From the IMG/VR virus record IMGVR_UViG_3300018868_001080: a stretch of DNA of 64,000 nt. One strand, given 5' to 3'. Positions 38,660-49,614 of the stretch are shown piece by piece; within the stretch, counting starts at the first letter, position 1, and each line of letters opens with the position of its first letter. A program made the translations under genes and the position numbers. Source of the stretch: a virus. The notes beneath the pieces were generated by a model. The model was not told where the DNA came from. It did no database searches and saw nothing but the letters and a program-made list of their open reading frames with translations.

Positions 38660-40516
38660 ATGAGTTCAACAACAAATCAAGACGCCAATCTTACAATTAA
38701 TCAGCAAGGCTATGCTGCATTTGATGCCACATCATTAAAGCAGTTAATTATTGACAGGCTCAACAACGGCACACTCTTCACAGATCAAAACTATGAGGGG
38801 AGCAATATTTCAGCAGTTATTGACATTGTTTCCTATGCTTACCATGTGCTCTTGTTTTATCTGAACAGGACAGCATCTGAAAGCTTGTTCAGCCAGGCAA
38901 CACTTTATGAAAACATAAGCAAAATTGTAAAGGAATTAAATTACAAACCCATTGGGTACCAGACTGCACTTTTAAGTTTTGTGGCCACTGCTTCAAAACT
39001 TCTCATCAAAGATACATACACCATTAAAAGATATTCTTACTTCACTGTGAATGGTGTTAGCTACAGTTTCAATAGTGACGTTACTTTTGTTAAAAACACG
39101 GACACCGACGAAGCATTAACACTCTTCAGTGACAACAATTTGCTGTATCAAGGTGCGTATGTAGAATACCCGCTGTACAATGCCATAGGCGATGATTTTG
39201 AGGCCCTCACTATAACCTATGTGGCAAATAATGCAAATCAAAAAATTGACCATTTTAACATTGATGTGTATGTGAAAGAAAAAACAACTGGCAAGTATTA
39301 CAAATATGCTGAAACATCGTCACTGTTCTTGAATGATTCCAACGCGCGTGTATTTGAAAAACGTTTTGATGAAAATGAAAGATATGAAATTAAATTTGGC
39401 AATGGCATCACAGGCAGAAAGTTACAAGCTGGGGATCAAGTAGCAATATATTTCTTACAAACAGATGGTACACAAGGTGAGATAGACATTGGCATCTTAA
39501 ATTCAAACAAGTTATTTTTGTACAGTTCTTTGCGGTACAACAGCATCATAGCTGATACTGTATCTGAAAATCTGCTGCTCTTGGACGACAATCAAACCAA
39601 ATACCTCACATTTTCTAACACTGACCCATCCACAAGCTATCAGGACAAAGAATCAGCCGAGCAAATCAAATCAAATGCACCCAAGATTTACAATTCACAA
39701 TACAGACTGGTTACTGCTAGTGACTATGAGGTGTTCGTAAATAGAAACTTTGCAAACATTATAAGCTCCACAAAAGCTGTTAATAACTGGGATTACTTAA
39801 ACGGGCATTTCCGATACTTTTACGACTTGCAGTTGAACAAACCCAATGATGATTCACGTGTTCTATTGAACCAGACTCGTTTTGCTGATACTTGTGATTT
39901 TAACAATGTGTACATATATGGCATTCCACGATTGGAAAGAATCACCTCACTTACACAGCGAACAAATTATCTCAACGCTGCACAAAAAGAACTGCTGCTC
40001 AATCAATTGCAAAACTACAAGACACTCACAGCAGAAGTAATAATAACTGACCCTGTGTATGTGGCTGTTGATTTTGGAATAAGACGGGCAGGTGAAACGT
40101 TGTCTCCTGATATAACCAACGATTGCAAGCTTGTGATAACCAAGAATGTATTGTCACAGATTGATAACCAAACTATTAAAAACAATGCATACAACATTAT
40201 AAAAACATTCTTTGACTCCAGAAACAATAGCCTGGGCATATTATTTGATATAAACGACATCACATCCCAAATTTTTAATATTGCAGGTGTGGAAGATTTT
40301 TATGTTGAGAGAACAGATGAACAGGGCACGTTTACTGTGCCTGGCTTAAATTTTCTGTTCTGGAATCCTGTGTATCCAGATGGTGATACACAAATCATTG
40401 CTCAGAATTATCAATTGCCGTACTTCAAGTATCCCTTCTTGAATAACCCACTTGAATTTCTTAACAAAATAGAGGTGCTCGCAACAACAAATGTTAATAC
40501 AAAAATTGAGTATTAA
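38660..40516 (+). CDS. gp6: Baseplate wedge protein gp6
   Basis: FTD.NYEGSN.S..ID, FGNG..G, ES.E.IK.NAP..Y.SQ.RLVT..DY. Confidence 0.92.
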   Translation: MSSTTNQDANLTINQQGYAAFDATSLKQLIIDRLNNGTLFTDQNYEGSNISAVIDIVSYAYHVLLFYLNRTASESLFSQATLYENISKIVKELNYKPIGYQTALLSFVATASKLLIKDTYTIKRYSYFTVNGVSYSFNSDVTFVKNTDTDEALTLFSDNNLLYQGAYVEYPLYNAIGDDFEALTITYVANNANQKIDHFNIDVYVKEKTTGKYYKYAETSSLFLNDSNARVFEKRFDENERYEIKFGNGITGRKLQAGDQVAIYFLQTDGTQGEIDIGILNSNKLFLYSSLRYNSIIADTVSENLLLLDDNQTKYLTFSNTDPSTSYQDKESAEQIKSNAPKIYNSQYRLVTASDYEVFVNRNFANIISSTKAVNNWDYLNGHFRYFYDLQLNKPNDDSRVLLNQTRFADTCDFNNVYIYGIPRLERITSLTQRTNYLNAAQKELLLNQLQNYKTLTAEVIITDPVYVAVDFGIRRAGETLSPDITNDCKLVITKNVLSQIDNQTIKNNAYNIIKTFFDSRNNSLGILFDINDITSQIFNIAGVEDFYVERTDEQGTFTVPGLNFLFWNPVYPDGDTQIIAQNYQLPYFKYPFLNNPLEFLNKIEVLATTNVNTKIEY

Positions 40517-40518
40517 AA

Positions 40519-43500
40519 ATGGCTTTAATTAATACAAATGAACTTTACATCAAAGTTTTAGATTATACTGGCACACCATCATTAAGCACATATGCATTGC
40601 CACAGACACCCCTAACATTTGTACCTGATTATTCTGTAGTCCAACTACTATCCACTGTTTCGTTTGTATCTTCACTCACATCTTATACAAACACATTCTA
40701 TATTCCTGATGGAAACGATTACTCCAATATTAAAATAAGATGGGATTTTGGTGACGGAACGTACCAGATAAGCCCCACCGGTACACATGCATACAATTAC
40801 CCTGGCACATACAAAGTAACATTATATCTCATTAATGAGAATGGTGAGAGCTTTAAAAACAATTTCATAGTCAATGTGACTGTTGCAAATTATTTGCAAG
40901 ATGATTGGAAATTCTCTCCTTACCAAAACTTCATAATTGATATACCTGCAGGCAGACTATCTGATAAGATTACAATCAACAGACAGAATAGTTGGCAGAC
41001 TTACAATGCACTATCTGGCACTGGCTACACATTCAACCTGTATGCCAGCGGCTCTGGCACATATTATTATGATGTTAAGAATTATTATAAAGATAAATGG
41101 GCACACTTAAAAAAGTTCTTTAAATTTATTAAGAAACAAACAATCAACAATCTATTACAGGATGTTATCATAAACAACATTGAAACATCCAATACTGAAA
41201 TTTATGCAAAAAAATTAGCTGGCGGTATATCTGTTTGTAGTAAGAATGATACAGGTGCCTTTTTTGTGGGTACAACTGGCAGTGCAGAGTTTTATTATAC
41301 TGATGATAGCAATAAGAACAACACATCTACTAACGATCCTATCTTCATATATGCAAATCTAGACACAAGTAAATTTTATGATAGCTTAGGAAATGCAGAG
41401 CAAGCATATGTCAATCTTACCCCGCTAGAGTTGAGCTACTTGAACACCATGCCTGCAGTATTGCCCATCATCAAGACCAGATACAATCCTGCAGCTGCGC
41501 TCACTATAACGTCCAATGGATTGGACGGTGAAGGTGAATCCACCATCAACAGCTTTGCACTCAACAAGACTAGCTTTGCAAATACCAAGATACCGTTCGT
41601 TCTCAAGTTAAAAGATCAAGACAACTACACAACAAAAAGTTACCCCTACCTGTCATCAACTAATATTGCTCCACTCACTTCTTACTATTTCAATATAAAC
41701 CTGCTGGACGATAACAATACAATTGTACCTTCTGTATCATTCTACAAAACAGATTTTGAAAAAGAAATTTTCCAGTCAGGTGGATTCTACAGAGGATACC
41801 TGGTGTGTGATACAGAGGTTCAAAATGCCAAGCTATCTGCTTCTGTGTACATAGATGATATACCAAACTTTGAGCAAGACACTGCATTCATTTTTTACTC
41901 ACAACCCTACACCCATTACATACCCAGAATATTTTCAACCACCATGTACAGCAAGGTGCTAAACACACCATTTGAATCAACCAACACCACATACGACTTT
42001 CTGGACACAATTGACAACAGAAGCATATTCACAATCACACAAATACCTTCTTCAAATAATGTCAGCAATGATTACTGCTTTTGGGCTGCAGATTCTGATT
42101 CTGATCGCTTGCTAAAAATGGATTACAACGGTGGTATCATTGCCACAGTAAATCTTTCTGCTGCCATGTTGAGCAATGGTACTGCTGTTGATTTGCGCAA
42201 CATATATGGCAGTGCTTCACCTTGCAGCATTGCCTTGGATAACAATAACAATGCTTTCGTGACACTATTTGATAGTGGCTCTGTTATTCGGATCAACAAC
42301 ATAACAAATTTAATTGACAGAATCGGCATACCACCGGTCAGTGCCATCGGAACTAACACTTTCTTAATATCATCTGATTATACAAGCAATCAAGGCTGGG
42401 TAGGTGAGTTTACTCTCTTACCGGCAAGTGTGGATGTGGATAAAGATGGCAATGTTTATGTGGTGTATACACACCCACTATCTACAACTCTTGTACGCTT
42501 TGATAACGAGTTGAATTACAAGAAAAAAATTACAGGATCGTTTAGTATCACAGATTATGCACAAAAGATTATCATTGACAGGAACAATAACATCTGGATG
42601 GCCACAACTCGAAAAGAAAACAGTTCCACAGGCAGTGTAAACCTGTCAGGTAAGAATGATCTTATTTGGCTACTAAAAGATACTGGAACTGCTTTTATAC
42701 CAACCTTAACCACATTTGCAGGGTTCAAGCAAATAAGTGACATCACAGTGGATGGTAATCAAAGCTGTTGGGTATCACATGATGTATCAACAGTGACAAA
42801 ACTTGAATACAATCAACTCACCAGGGAGTTTGCACGTCACGATTTCAACATGGGTGAAGTGTATGGTAACTCTACAGATTACTTGCAGAGCATTGAAGGC
42901 ATCTCTTGCAACTCATTGAATGAGATTGTTATTATCAATAATTTTGATTTAAAAATATACTTTCTTGATGCAACTGCTACAACTCAACCCACTTTAAGCA
43001 GCTTGAAGCAAATACAACTACAGTCAGCACCAAATAATTTCATGGAATATCCCATCTCTGCTTATTATGATAGTGTATATCAAGCAAATGGTGATTTTTT
43101 AGGATACAACTGGATTAATAAGTATTATTATTCTGCTGCTAATACCAGAATCATCACCGGCACATCCTCTACGTTCAGCATTTACCCTGCATCTGGTTAC
43201 AATTTAATATTCAAAGAAAATGAAAACTTTGATGGTGAGGGCATGTATAGAAATTTTGCATTAATGGAAACACTGCAAGATAAGAATGTTTTTTTTGACG
43301 ACTTTTTGGGCAAAATCGTTGGCAATCAGCAGTCCAATGCAAACAATGCATTATTAAAAAAGATCTATGAGAAGATTTCTAATTTCTCTGACAACATTGC
43401 AGCTGTAGACACATGCAATGTTGATTCATTAATCTCCAAATGCAACATGTTTGATGTCGCGTATGAAAACTACAGCTACCCATACCCTGCATCACTCAAG

Positions 43501-44019
43501 CGTGTCATTGATATCATAAGCATCAAGCGAAATAAATTATTTGGTAGCTTAAACCAAAGTAATTATAGCTTCTCAAGCAATTCAGACGACTTTAACCTGG
43601 GCAGTATATTGAACCTGACAACTGATACTTTTTCTGCAACTGAAATCCTCGTGGCAAGAGAGAAATTCTCCAACATCTACAAACCTGTTAATACAACCAT
43701 CATCAATGGATATTCTGCTACTGACATAATTCCGCTAGCAGAGTTTACATATGATTGGGGTTGGGGGCTTGTAGCTCCGCAAGGCTTGTCAGGTTTGAAT
43801 ATAGGCGGTTACTATGATTTCTACCGTCTTAGTCTTACTAATCAACCAATCTACGACAATATCATTGATTTTGCTAATAAAAATTCTAACATCATATTCA
43901 ATCTCAGCACTTATGATGATTTTTATGGTGAGGGTGGCATCATGGATCAAAATATCACATATGCTTTCACTAATGGCTTGAGATTAATCTCCAGTGCAAT
44001 GAACGTATATTACAATTAA
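40519..44019 (+). CDS. Large virion protein with PKD domain and beta-propeller repeats
   Basis: WDFGDG...H.Y..PGTYKVTL; repeated I..D..NN.W/V blades. Confidence 0.75.
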   Translation: MALINTNELYIKVLDYTGTPSLSTYALPQTPLTFVPDYSVVQLLSTVSFVSSLTSYTNTFYIPDGNDYSNIKIRWDFGDGTYQISPTGTHAYNYPGTYKVTLYLINENGESFKNNFIVNVTVANYLQDDWKFSPYQNFIIDIPAGRLSDKITINRQNSWQTYNALSGTGYTFNLYASGSGTYYYDVKNYYKDKWAHLKKFFKFIKKQTINNLLQDVIINNIETSNTEIYAKKLAGGISVCSKNDTGAFFVGTTGSAEFYYTDDSNKNNTSTNDPIFIYANLDTSKFYDSLGNAEQAYVNLTPLELSYLNTMPAVLPIIKTRYNPAAALTITSNGLDGEGESTINSFALNKTSFANTKIPFVLKLKDQDNYTTKSYPYLSSTNIAPLTSYYFNINLLDDNNTIVPSVSFYKTDFEKEIFQSGGFYRGYLVCDTEVQNAKLSASVYIDDIPNFEQDTAFIFYSQPYTHYIPRIFSTTMYSKVLNTPFESTNTTYDFLDTIDNRSIFTITQIPSSNNVSNDYCFWAADSDSDRLLKMDYNGGIIATVNLSAAMLSNGTAVDLRNIYGSASPCSIALDNNNNAFVTLFDSGSVIRINNITNLIDRIGIPPVSAIGTNTFLISSDYTSNQGWVGEFTLLPASVDVDKDGNVYVVYTHPLSTTLVRFDNELNYKKKITGSFSITDYAQKIIIDRNNNIWMATTRKENSSTGSVNLSGKNDLIWLLKDTGTAFIPTLTTFAGFKQISDITVDGNQSCWVSHDVSTVTKLEYNQLTREFARHDFNMGEVYGNSTDYLQSIEGISCNSLNEIVIINNFDLKIYFLDATATTQPTLSSLKQIQLQSAPNNFMEYPISAYYDSVYQANGDFLGYNWINKYYYSAANTRIITGTSSTFSIYPASGYNLIFKENENFDGEGMYRNFALMETLQDKNVFFDDFLGKIVGNQQSNANNALLKKIYEKISNFSDNIAAVDTCNVDSLISKCNMFDVAYENYSYPYPASLKRVIDIISIKRNKLFGSLNQSNYSFSSNSDDFNLGSILNLTTDTFSATEILVAREKFSNIYKPVNTTIINGYSATDIIPLAEFTYDWGWGLVAPQGLSGLNIGGYYDFYRLSLTNQPIYDNIIDFANKNSNIIFNLSTYDDFYGEGGIMDQNITYAFTNGLRLISSAMNVYYN

Positions 44020-44031
44020 ATAATACACAAT

Positions 44032-47000
44032 ATGTCTGATATTTTAGAGAACAATATACTAGCAATAACAGTAAGTGACTCTATTGTTGCAGGCACTACA
44101 AACAATGCTGTAGATTATACTAAGCCACTTTCATTCACTGAGTGGTTGGTGCGCACAAACCCAACTGAAACAGACAACTCATATTTAATTAGTCAGTATA
44201 AAATGTATTTGCTCGCTTGGTACAAGACCAAGAATTTAGATACAAAAAATACAGAAGATTTTGTAAGATCTTCTTTCATATCACTTTTACGAGAGATTTT
44301 ATTGAATTATTCTACCTTAGAAGAGCGAAGATTTGTAAGCAATGCAGATTTTAATAATGACCTGGAGCTGTACTCAGTTTTGCCCTTCTTTGTTAAAAAG
44401 ATAAAAGAGATTTGCAATTACTATGCTCTATTAAGACAAAACGTCAGTTTTAAAAAATACGAAAATAGCTTGAAAGGATCACAGGGCGGTGTCATTTCGG
44501 TATTAAAGAATGCAATTTATAAGAATCTACAAGCTACACAAATATCATCAGCAGAATCAAATCTACTCAATTTATCTGCAATTAAGAACAATTTAACTCT
44601 GGAAATTAAGGAACTATTTGATGACTCTCAGTACTTTGACTTGAACCCTGCTCTGCCTGCTACAACATACAACCCCACGTTCACTTCACAATTTTATTCT
44701 TCAAATCTCAACGAACTGGACGCTACACTGTACACTAATTTTGATCAAAGCATCATTGATGCAATAAAGACTTACCCCTTCTTCTTAAACGATTTTAAGA
44801 CACCATACTCAATCAATGTGCAAGTGCAGGCCACTGATCTGGCATATCTCAGAGACAAAGACTTCATCAATCAAATTAATAATCAAGATAAAACTAACTT
44901 GAACCTTAATCTTGAAAAAGAGTTGATAGAGAAATTTATCGGTACTGATTATTACTATGTTAGCACAGGCTCCACCATAACTGACTTCACATCTGGTGTA
45001 CTGTTTCAAGCACAAGACAAGGCAGCCAATTCGCAGAACAAGCGCTTTCCTTCTGTTGCATCTGTGCAAAATGAAGAGAATTTAAAAACCATACGAGAAA
45101 TAGGCGGTTTCTTTCTACCAGATAGACTTGGTGTCTTAAATTTCAACAATTTCAAATACACTGTGCAAATTGACGAGGCACAATTGGAACCTAACAAGAT
45201 TTATATTTTTCCTGACCCATACAAATATGGTAATATTTCAAATCTCTCTCTAACGGATTTTGAGAGCCCGTTGATTTACGAAGAAGATGTCACCTGGATG
45301 CACTATAATAGATCAGCTCAATTTCTCTTTGGTAATGTGGTAAGTAATCCCTTGTACAAAGATTTCTACGCATACCACAGCAGAAGTCAAACAGTTGGTT
45401 ATCAGCCCTATGGCATGTCTCGAGATATTGATAGCACTGAATTTTTTGAAGGCTCAGGTAAAGATGTGTGGGCAAATTCTGATGTGTTTCCTGTGATTGA
45501 AAACGTGCTACCTCTGCAGGATCGTCAATTTAATTTATTAGCAATAAACAAGACTCTCATCAAATACAAGAGTGATATTTACAGCAACAATTATGGATTA
45601 TTTAAAGAAATTAATCCTGTAGGTGTGGGACCAGATGGTAGCAATCAAGGAGATTTTATTTCAGCAGACGAATTAAATTTCTTTAATTTTACAGGTGGAC
45701 GTGGTGGTCTCAATGGCACAGGACGCAAAGGACTCACCTACAATCAATTTGATGCAATAAGATCCACACGAAAGAAACCATGCATGATACTGGATGGTTA
45801 TTTATTTTTTGACATTGATGATGGGTACAACTTCAATTTTGCAATTCCTAATGCTGCAAAAAGAGTGTCTGGTGTATATACACGCACCATCACACAGATA
45901 CCACCTGGCAGTGGATACTTCACGTCTGGACCAGGTATTCTTTCTGCATCACCCACCCCATATGCTAATTATAATATTGGATACCCCTACTCTGCACCAC
46001 CCACTTTCAAACCACTGCCTACACCTCTGTTGCTTGTGGCATATGGTAAAGGGCACTTCATACCTGATGATTTTTGTGATGTCAACACAGTAAATTATTG
46101 CTTGCTGTTGGATTGTGTAACATTTGTGGATGCACTGAGCAATCTCCGGTTGGATGTATCATCAGATTCATCTGCATGGTCCACATCTGTGCCTGTGTAT
46201 TACAGTGAATTGCTTGAAAGCAGCTTGACAACAACTTATACTAAGCCCAACAATGTAGAGAGAGCTACGTTCTCTTACACATACCCTGCATCTGCACAAG
46301 TTATCCAAGAGCTCAACGGTTACAGGTTCAATCTGCAAGGCCAGACACCTTGTGCTGTAACCAACAGCAACACTTCACCTGCAGCAGATTATAATCTTGA
46401 CAACACAAGCTTTGTGAACTTGCCTGTGCCACCTGCCTATGCAACACAAGTGCAAAACCTCACAACCAATAGCATAGGAAGTAAAACGATCTATTCTGGA
46501 CGCAACGAGATTGTGGGTGAAATGTACTATAAAAACGCCAATACTTCACGAGTGGATTTGATACAGAATGCATTATCTGCTGTGTTTATGAAATACCCTG
46601 TTGAAGTTCGAGACAGTGTCAATAATGGCATCATAAATTTTGATTTAATCTATAATGTCATTTTCATTGAAACTGCCGATTACTATATTGTGGACAAACT
46701 AGATTATAATTATGAAGAAAATGCTGTGGAACCGTTCAACAGTGATAAGAATTTCCTATCTACTTTCATAGTAAACAAGAGCGTAGAAAAGATAAGCAAT
46801 ATTTTCTATAACGAAAAATTAAATGAAGCTGTATTCACAAGGCTGGTCTTGCTGCCCACCATGAGTGCAAGCAATCTCAAAATCATATACCCTGAAATAT
46901 ATAAAATAGACATTACCAATCCAGTATTAAAAAAGCTGTACCCTAACTTTGATTTGAATTATAACAACTTGTCAAGCTTCATTCACATTGATGCAGATAC

Positions 47001-47859
47001 AAACATAGACCGTATTGACAAGCCAATCATGACCTATAACGAGGATTCAAAAACATACCTCATAAATTATCTGGCCAAAGACAGTAATAATGTATTTTTT
47101 AATGTTTTTGAAGAATTTCAAATTAAAAACAGCGATGTAATTTTTCTGCAAATGGTGTTCCACAAACCAGAATATCTCATCAAAGACTACAATTTTACAA
47201 TTGTTAATTCTGCAACTGCTCTGCAAAGCAATTCAATTGCAGGTGTGCTCTCTTCTTATCAAAACATCAATACACACACATATTGGTTCTGCATGTCCAC
47301 TGAACCTGTTGTCATTGTGCCAGAATATGTAGCATGTTTATATGGTGTAGTGTTTGTACCAGTGGTGACACCGACACCCACCCCCACTATCACTCCCACA
47401 CCTACCCCCACACCATCCCCCACACCTGCACCCACACCTACGGTGCCACCTTGGATCAACGCTTGCAGTACTTACAGCGTAGAAGTTACTGGTGCGGGCA
47501 CACTCGCTGCAGATGGCATATATGTTCTTTCTGCTGGCGATACAACGTTCTTCAGCCCAACTCCACAGTTTACTGTGTTCTATCAATCAACTAGTGATTC
47601 TCGTTTCTTCTTAATTGGTAACAACAGCTATCCTGACAATAGTACCATATTCAAAGGAGCCATACTCTCCACTCTCTCAGCTGCGAGTGAAAACTTCACA
47701 CTTATGTATACAAGCACAGGCCTGATGCTGGATTATGCATGCGTCCCATATGGAACATATGATGCAATTGGTGGTATTGACCCTGTATACCTGGAAACAC
47801 AAAACTTATCAGGCGTACCCCCATATCCCACAGTTTCATTCTACAGCATGACACAATAA
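44032..47859 (+). CDS. Large virion structural protein with Pro/Thr linker near the C-terminus
   Basis: 1275 aa; [25 protein letters not shown]. Confidence 0.75.
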   Translation: MSDILENNILAITVSDSIVAGTTNNAVDYTKPLSFTEWLVRTNPTETDNSYLISQYKMYLLAWYKTKNLDTKNTEDFVRSSFISLLREILLNYSTLEERRFVSNADFNNDLELYSVLPFFVKKIKEICNYYALLRQNVSFKKYENSLKGSQGGVISVLKNAIYKNLQATQISSAESNLLNLSAIKNNLTLEIKELFDDSQYFDLNPALPATTYNPTFTSQFYSSNLNELDATLYTNFDQSIIDAIKTYPFFLNDFKTPYSINVQVQATDLAYLRDKDFINQINNQDKTNLNLNLEKELIEKFIGTDYYYVSTGSTITDFTSGVLFQAQDKAANSQNKRFPSVASVQNEENLKTIREIGGFFLPDRLGVLNFNNFKYTVQIDEAQLEPNKIYIFPDPYKYGNISNLSLTDFESPLIYEEDVTWMHYNRSAQFLFGNVVSNPLYKDFYAYHSRSQTVGYQPYGMSRDIDSTEFFEGSGKDVWANSDVFPVIENVLPLQDRQFNLLAINKTLIKYKSDIYSNNYGLFKEINPVGVGPDGSNQGDFISADELNFFNFTGGRGGLNGTGRKGLTYNQFDAIRSTRKKPCMILDGYLFFDIDDGYNFNFAIPNAAKRVSGVYTRTITQIPPGSGYFTSGPGILSASPTPYANYNIGYPYSAPPTFKPLPTPLLLVAYGKGHFIPDDFCDVNTVNYCLLLDCVTFVDALSNLRLDVSSDSSAWSTSVPVYYSELLESSLTTTYTKPNNVERATFSYTYPASAQVIQELNGYRFNLQGQTPCAVTNSNTSPAADYNLDNTSFVNLPVPPAYATQVQNLTTNSIGSKTIYSGRNEIVGEMYYKNANTSRVDLIQNALSAVFMKYPVEVRDSVNNGIINFDLIYNVIFIETADYYIVDKLDYNYEENAVEPFNSDKNFLSTFIVNKSVEKISNIFYNEKLNEAVFTRLVLLPTMSASNLKIIYPEIYKIDITNPVLKKLYPNFDLNYNNLSSFIHIDADTNIDRIDKPIMTYNEDSKTYLINYLAKDSNNVFFNVFEEFQIKNSDVIFLQMVFHKPEYLIKDYNFTIVNSATALQSNSIAGVLSSYQNINTHTYWFCMSTEPVVIVPEYVACLYGVVFVPVVTPTPTPTITPTPTPTPSPTPAPTPTVPPWINACSTYSVEVTGAGTLAADGIYVLSAGDTTFFSPTPQFTVFYQSTSDSRFFLIGNNSYPDNSTIFKGAILSTLSAASENFTLMYTSTGLMLDYACVPYGTYDAIGGIDPVYLETQNLSGVPPYPTVSFYSMTQ

Positions 47860-47867
47860 ATAACTAA

Positions 47868-48143
47868 ATGGCCACCTTGCCCTATGTATATGCCGAATCG
47901 TTATCAGGCTCTGTAAAATATCTTGGAGAATGTTATGTTGCAACTGGTAACAGTGGCATTATTAATGCCAAAAAAGAAGAGTTTGTAGATGCACTAACAT
48001 GTGACACTTGTTTGGGCCAATCACCGTTTCCTCTGCTTTCACCCACCCCTACCATCTCTCTGACACCGGACCCCACAAGAACCCCCACCCCCACCCCCAC
48101 ACCTACAGTGACACCCACGGTGACACCTACACCAGCCCCATAA
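47868..48143 (+). CDS. Small Cys-containing protein with Thr/Pro-repeat tail
   Basis: ECY...CDTC followed by [20 protein letters not shown]. Confidence 0.75.
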   Translation: MATLPYVYAESLSGSVKYLGECYVATGNSGIINAKKEEFVDALTCDTCLGQSPFPLLSPTPTISLTPDPTRTPTPTPTPTVTPTVTPTPAP

Positions 48144-48144
48144 T

Positions 48145-49599
48145 ATGAATCTCTCTGCATCCAGATCCTTCTCTCTGCTGCCTGCAGATCAATTGTCACC
48201 TGAAAATGATATTGTAGTTTCATTTGATTATGTGACCAATGTGTATGACAACTATTTGAATGTGTATGATAATGAATCACCATCTGAAGGATTCTGTTTG
48301 TTCTTCTATGAAGGCAATGCACCATTGAGTGGTGGTGCACCAGGCGCAGGTCTGGGATATCTACCTGGTGCTGCCATTGTGACCAACAACAACAATCTAC
48401 TTCTTAGCGAAGGCAACAACACATTCACACCATATTATCTTACTGCATATGGCACTGCAAATGGCATGCCAGCTTACAGAGGTGATGCATCTGCACTCAG
48501 TGGTGCAAAGATTGATTTCTATATTGCTGGTTACAATGGCCTGTTTCCTAGCACGTCTGGGTGGCGAATTTGGGATGGCATAAGTAAGTATTTTTATTAC
48601 AGCAATGGTACTGCATTGTATCCCATGTGGGCCGTGAATTGGATTCATGGTCCTGACATTCAAACTGGTTGGGGATACCCCATAATCACCAGAAAAGATA
48701 TGGGATACAGTTATGCAGGCAAAGCTGGTAGCTTGTTGGGAGTTGGTTTTGATTTCACAGGCAACTTCAGAGCCACTTATAATTCGTCAGCCACAGGCAC
48801 TCCAGTCATCAATAATGTCACTCTTAGAAATGGTAATTATGATTACATAACAAATTCCAACAACCTTACTTCTACAAACTTTCTGCAACCCACCATACTT
48901 TGGAATAGCTTGGCCAACAGCATGACACCAAGCATTGGCAACCGGGTCAAAGTGCGGCTAACAGACTTGGGCAAAACAATCAATGTGAAAATACGACCAC
49001 ACAATAAAGATGAATATGTGGATGTGTTAACCCACAATGCACAAGATTTAGGACCAGGCAACACCACAGACAGTGTCAAAGTGGGGTTGAACTTCTCTTC
49101 ACTCAACAACACAGAGTTTGGTGTTCGTAATTTTAACATTGCAGGTGTAGCTGCTACAGCAACACCCACTGTGACACCTACACCTACACTCACACCCACT
49201 GTGACACCCACCAGGACACCTACTGCAACACCTGGCGCATCACCAACTGCAACACCAACTGTAACACCCACTCCCACACGCACTGTGACGCCTACTAACA
49301 CGGCCACACCCACTGTGACGCCTACTAACACGGCCACACCCACTGTGACGCCTACCATAACTGTGACACCCACCATATCACAAACACCAGGTGCATCACC
49401 CACAGCGACACCTACTGCGACACCTACACTCACACCACCACCTTCAGTTACACCTACTGCAACACCCACTGTGACACCTACTGCAACACTCACACCTACA
49501 CCTACTGTGACACCCACAACATCTGCACTGCCATCACCGTTCCCTGCAGGCGCACCAATCACTGATGGTATCATTGTGGGCATAGGTAATATCCTATAA
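48145..49599 (+). CDS. Legume-lectin (ConA-like) domain protein with a long mucin-like Thr/Pro tract
   Basis: EGFCLFF, GG.PG.GLGY, LGVGFD, VKVGL.FSS; about 125 aa TPTxTP repeat. Confidence 0.75.
   Translation: MNLSASRSFSLLPADQLSPENDIVVSFDYVTNVYDNYLNVYDNESPSEGFCLFFYEGNAPLSGGAPGAGLGYLPGAAIVTNNNNLLLSEGNNTFTPYYLTAYGTANGMPAYRGDASALSGAKIDFYIAGYNGLFPSTSGWRIWDGISKYFYYSNGTALYPMWAVNWIHGPDIQTGWGYPIITRKDMGYSYAGKAGSLLGVGFDFTGNFRATYNSSATGTPVINNVTLRNGNYDYITNSNNLTSTNFLQPTILWNSLANSMTPSIGNRVKVRLTDLGKTINVKIRPHNKDEYVDVLTHNAQDLGPGNTTDSVKVGLNFSSLNNTEFGVRNFNIAGVAATATPTVTPTPTLTPTVTPTRTPTATPGASPTATPTVTPTPTRTVTPTNTATPTVTPTNTATPTVTPTITVTPTISQTPGASPTATPTATPTLTPPPSVTPTATPTVTPTATLTPTPTVTPTTSALPSPFPAGAPITDGIIVGIGNIL
49153..49540 (+). 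repeat. Thr/Pro coding repeat containing an exact 30-nt tandem (x2.5) at 49281-49355
   Basis: CACTGTGACGCCTACTAACACGGCCACACC repeated. Confidence 0.9.
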
Positions 49600-49614
49600 A
49601 TAACATCATTCATC

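Noticed and set aside
49153-49540. Repeats as a possible CRISPR array or DGR template
   Set aside because: No unique spacers; in-frame coding repeats; no cas or reverse transcriptase gene in the window
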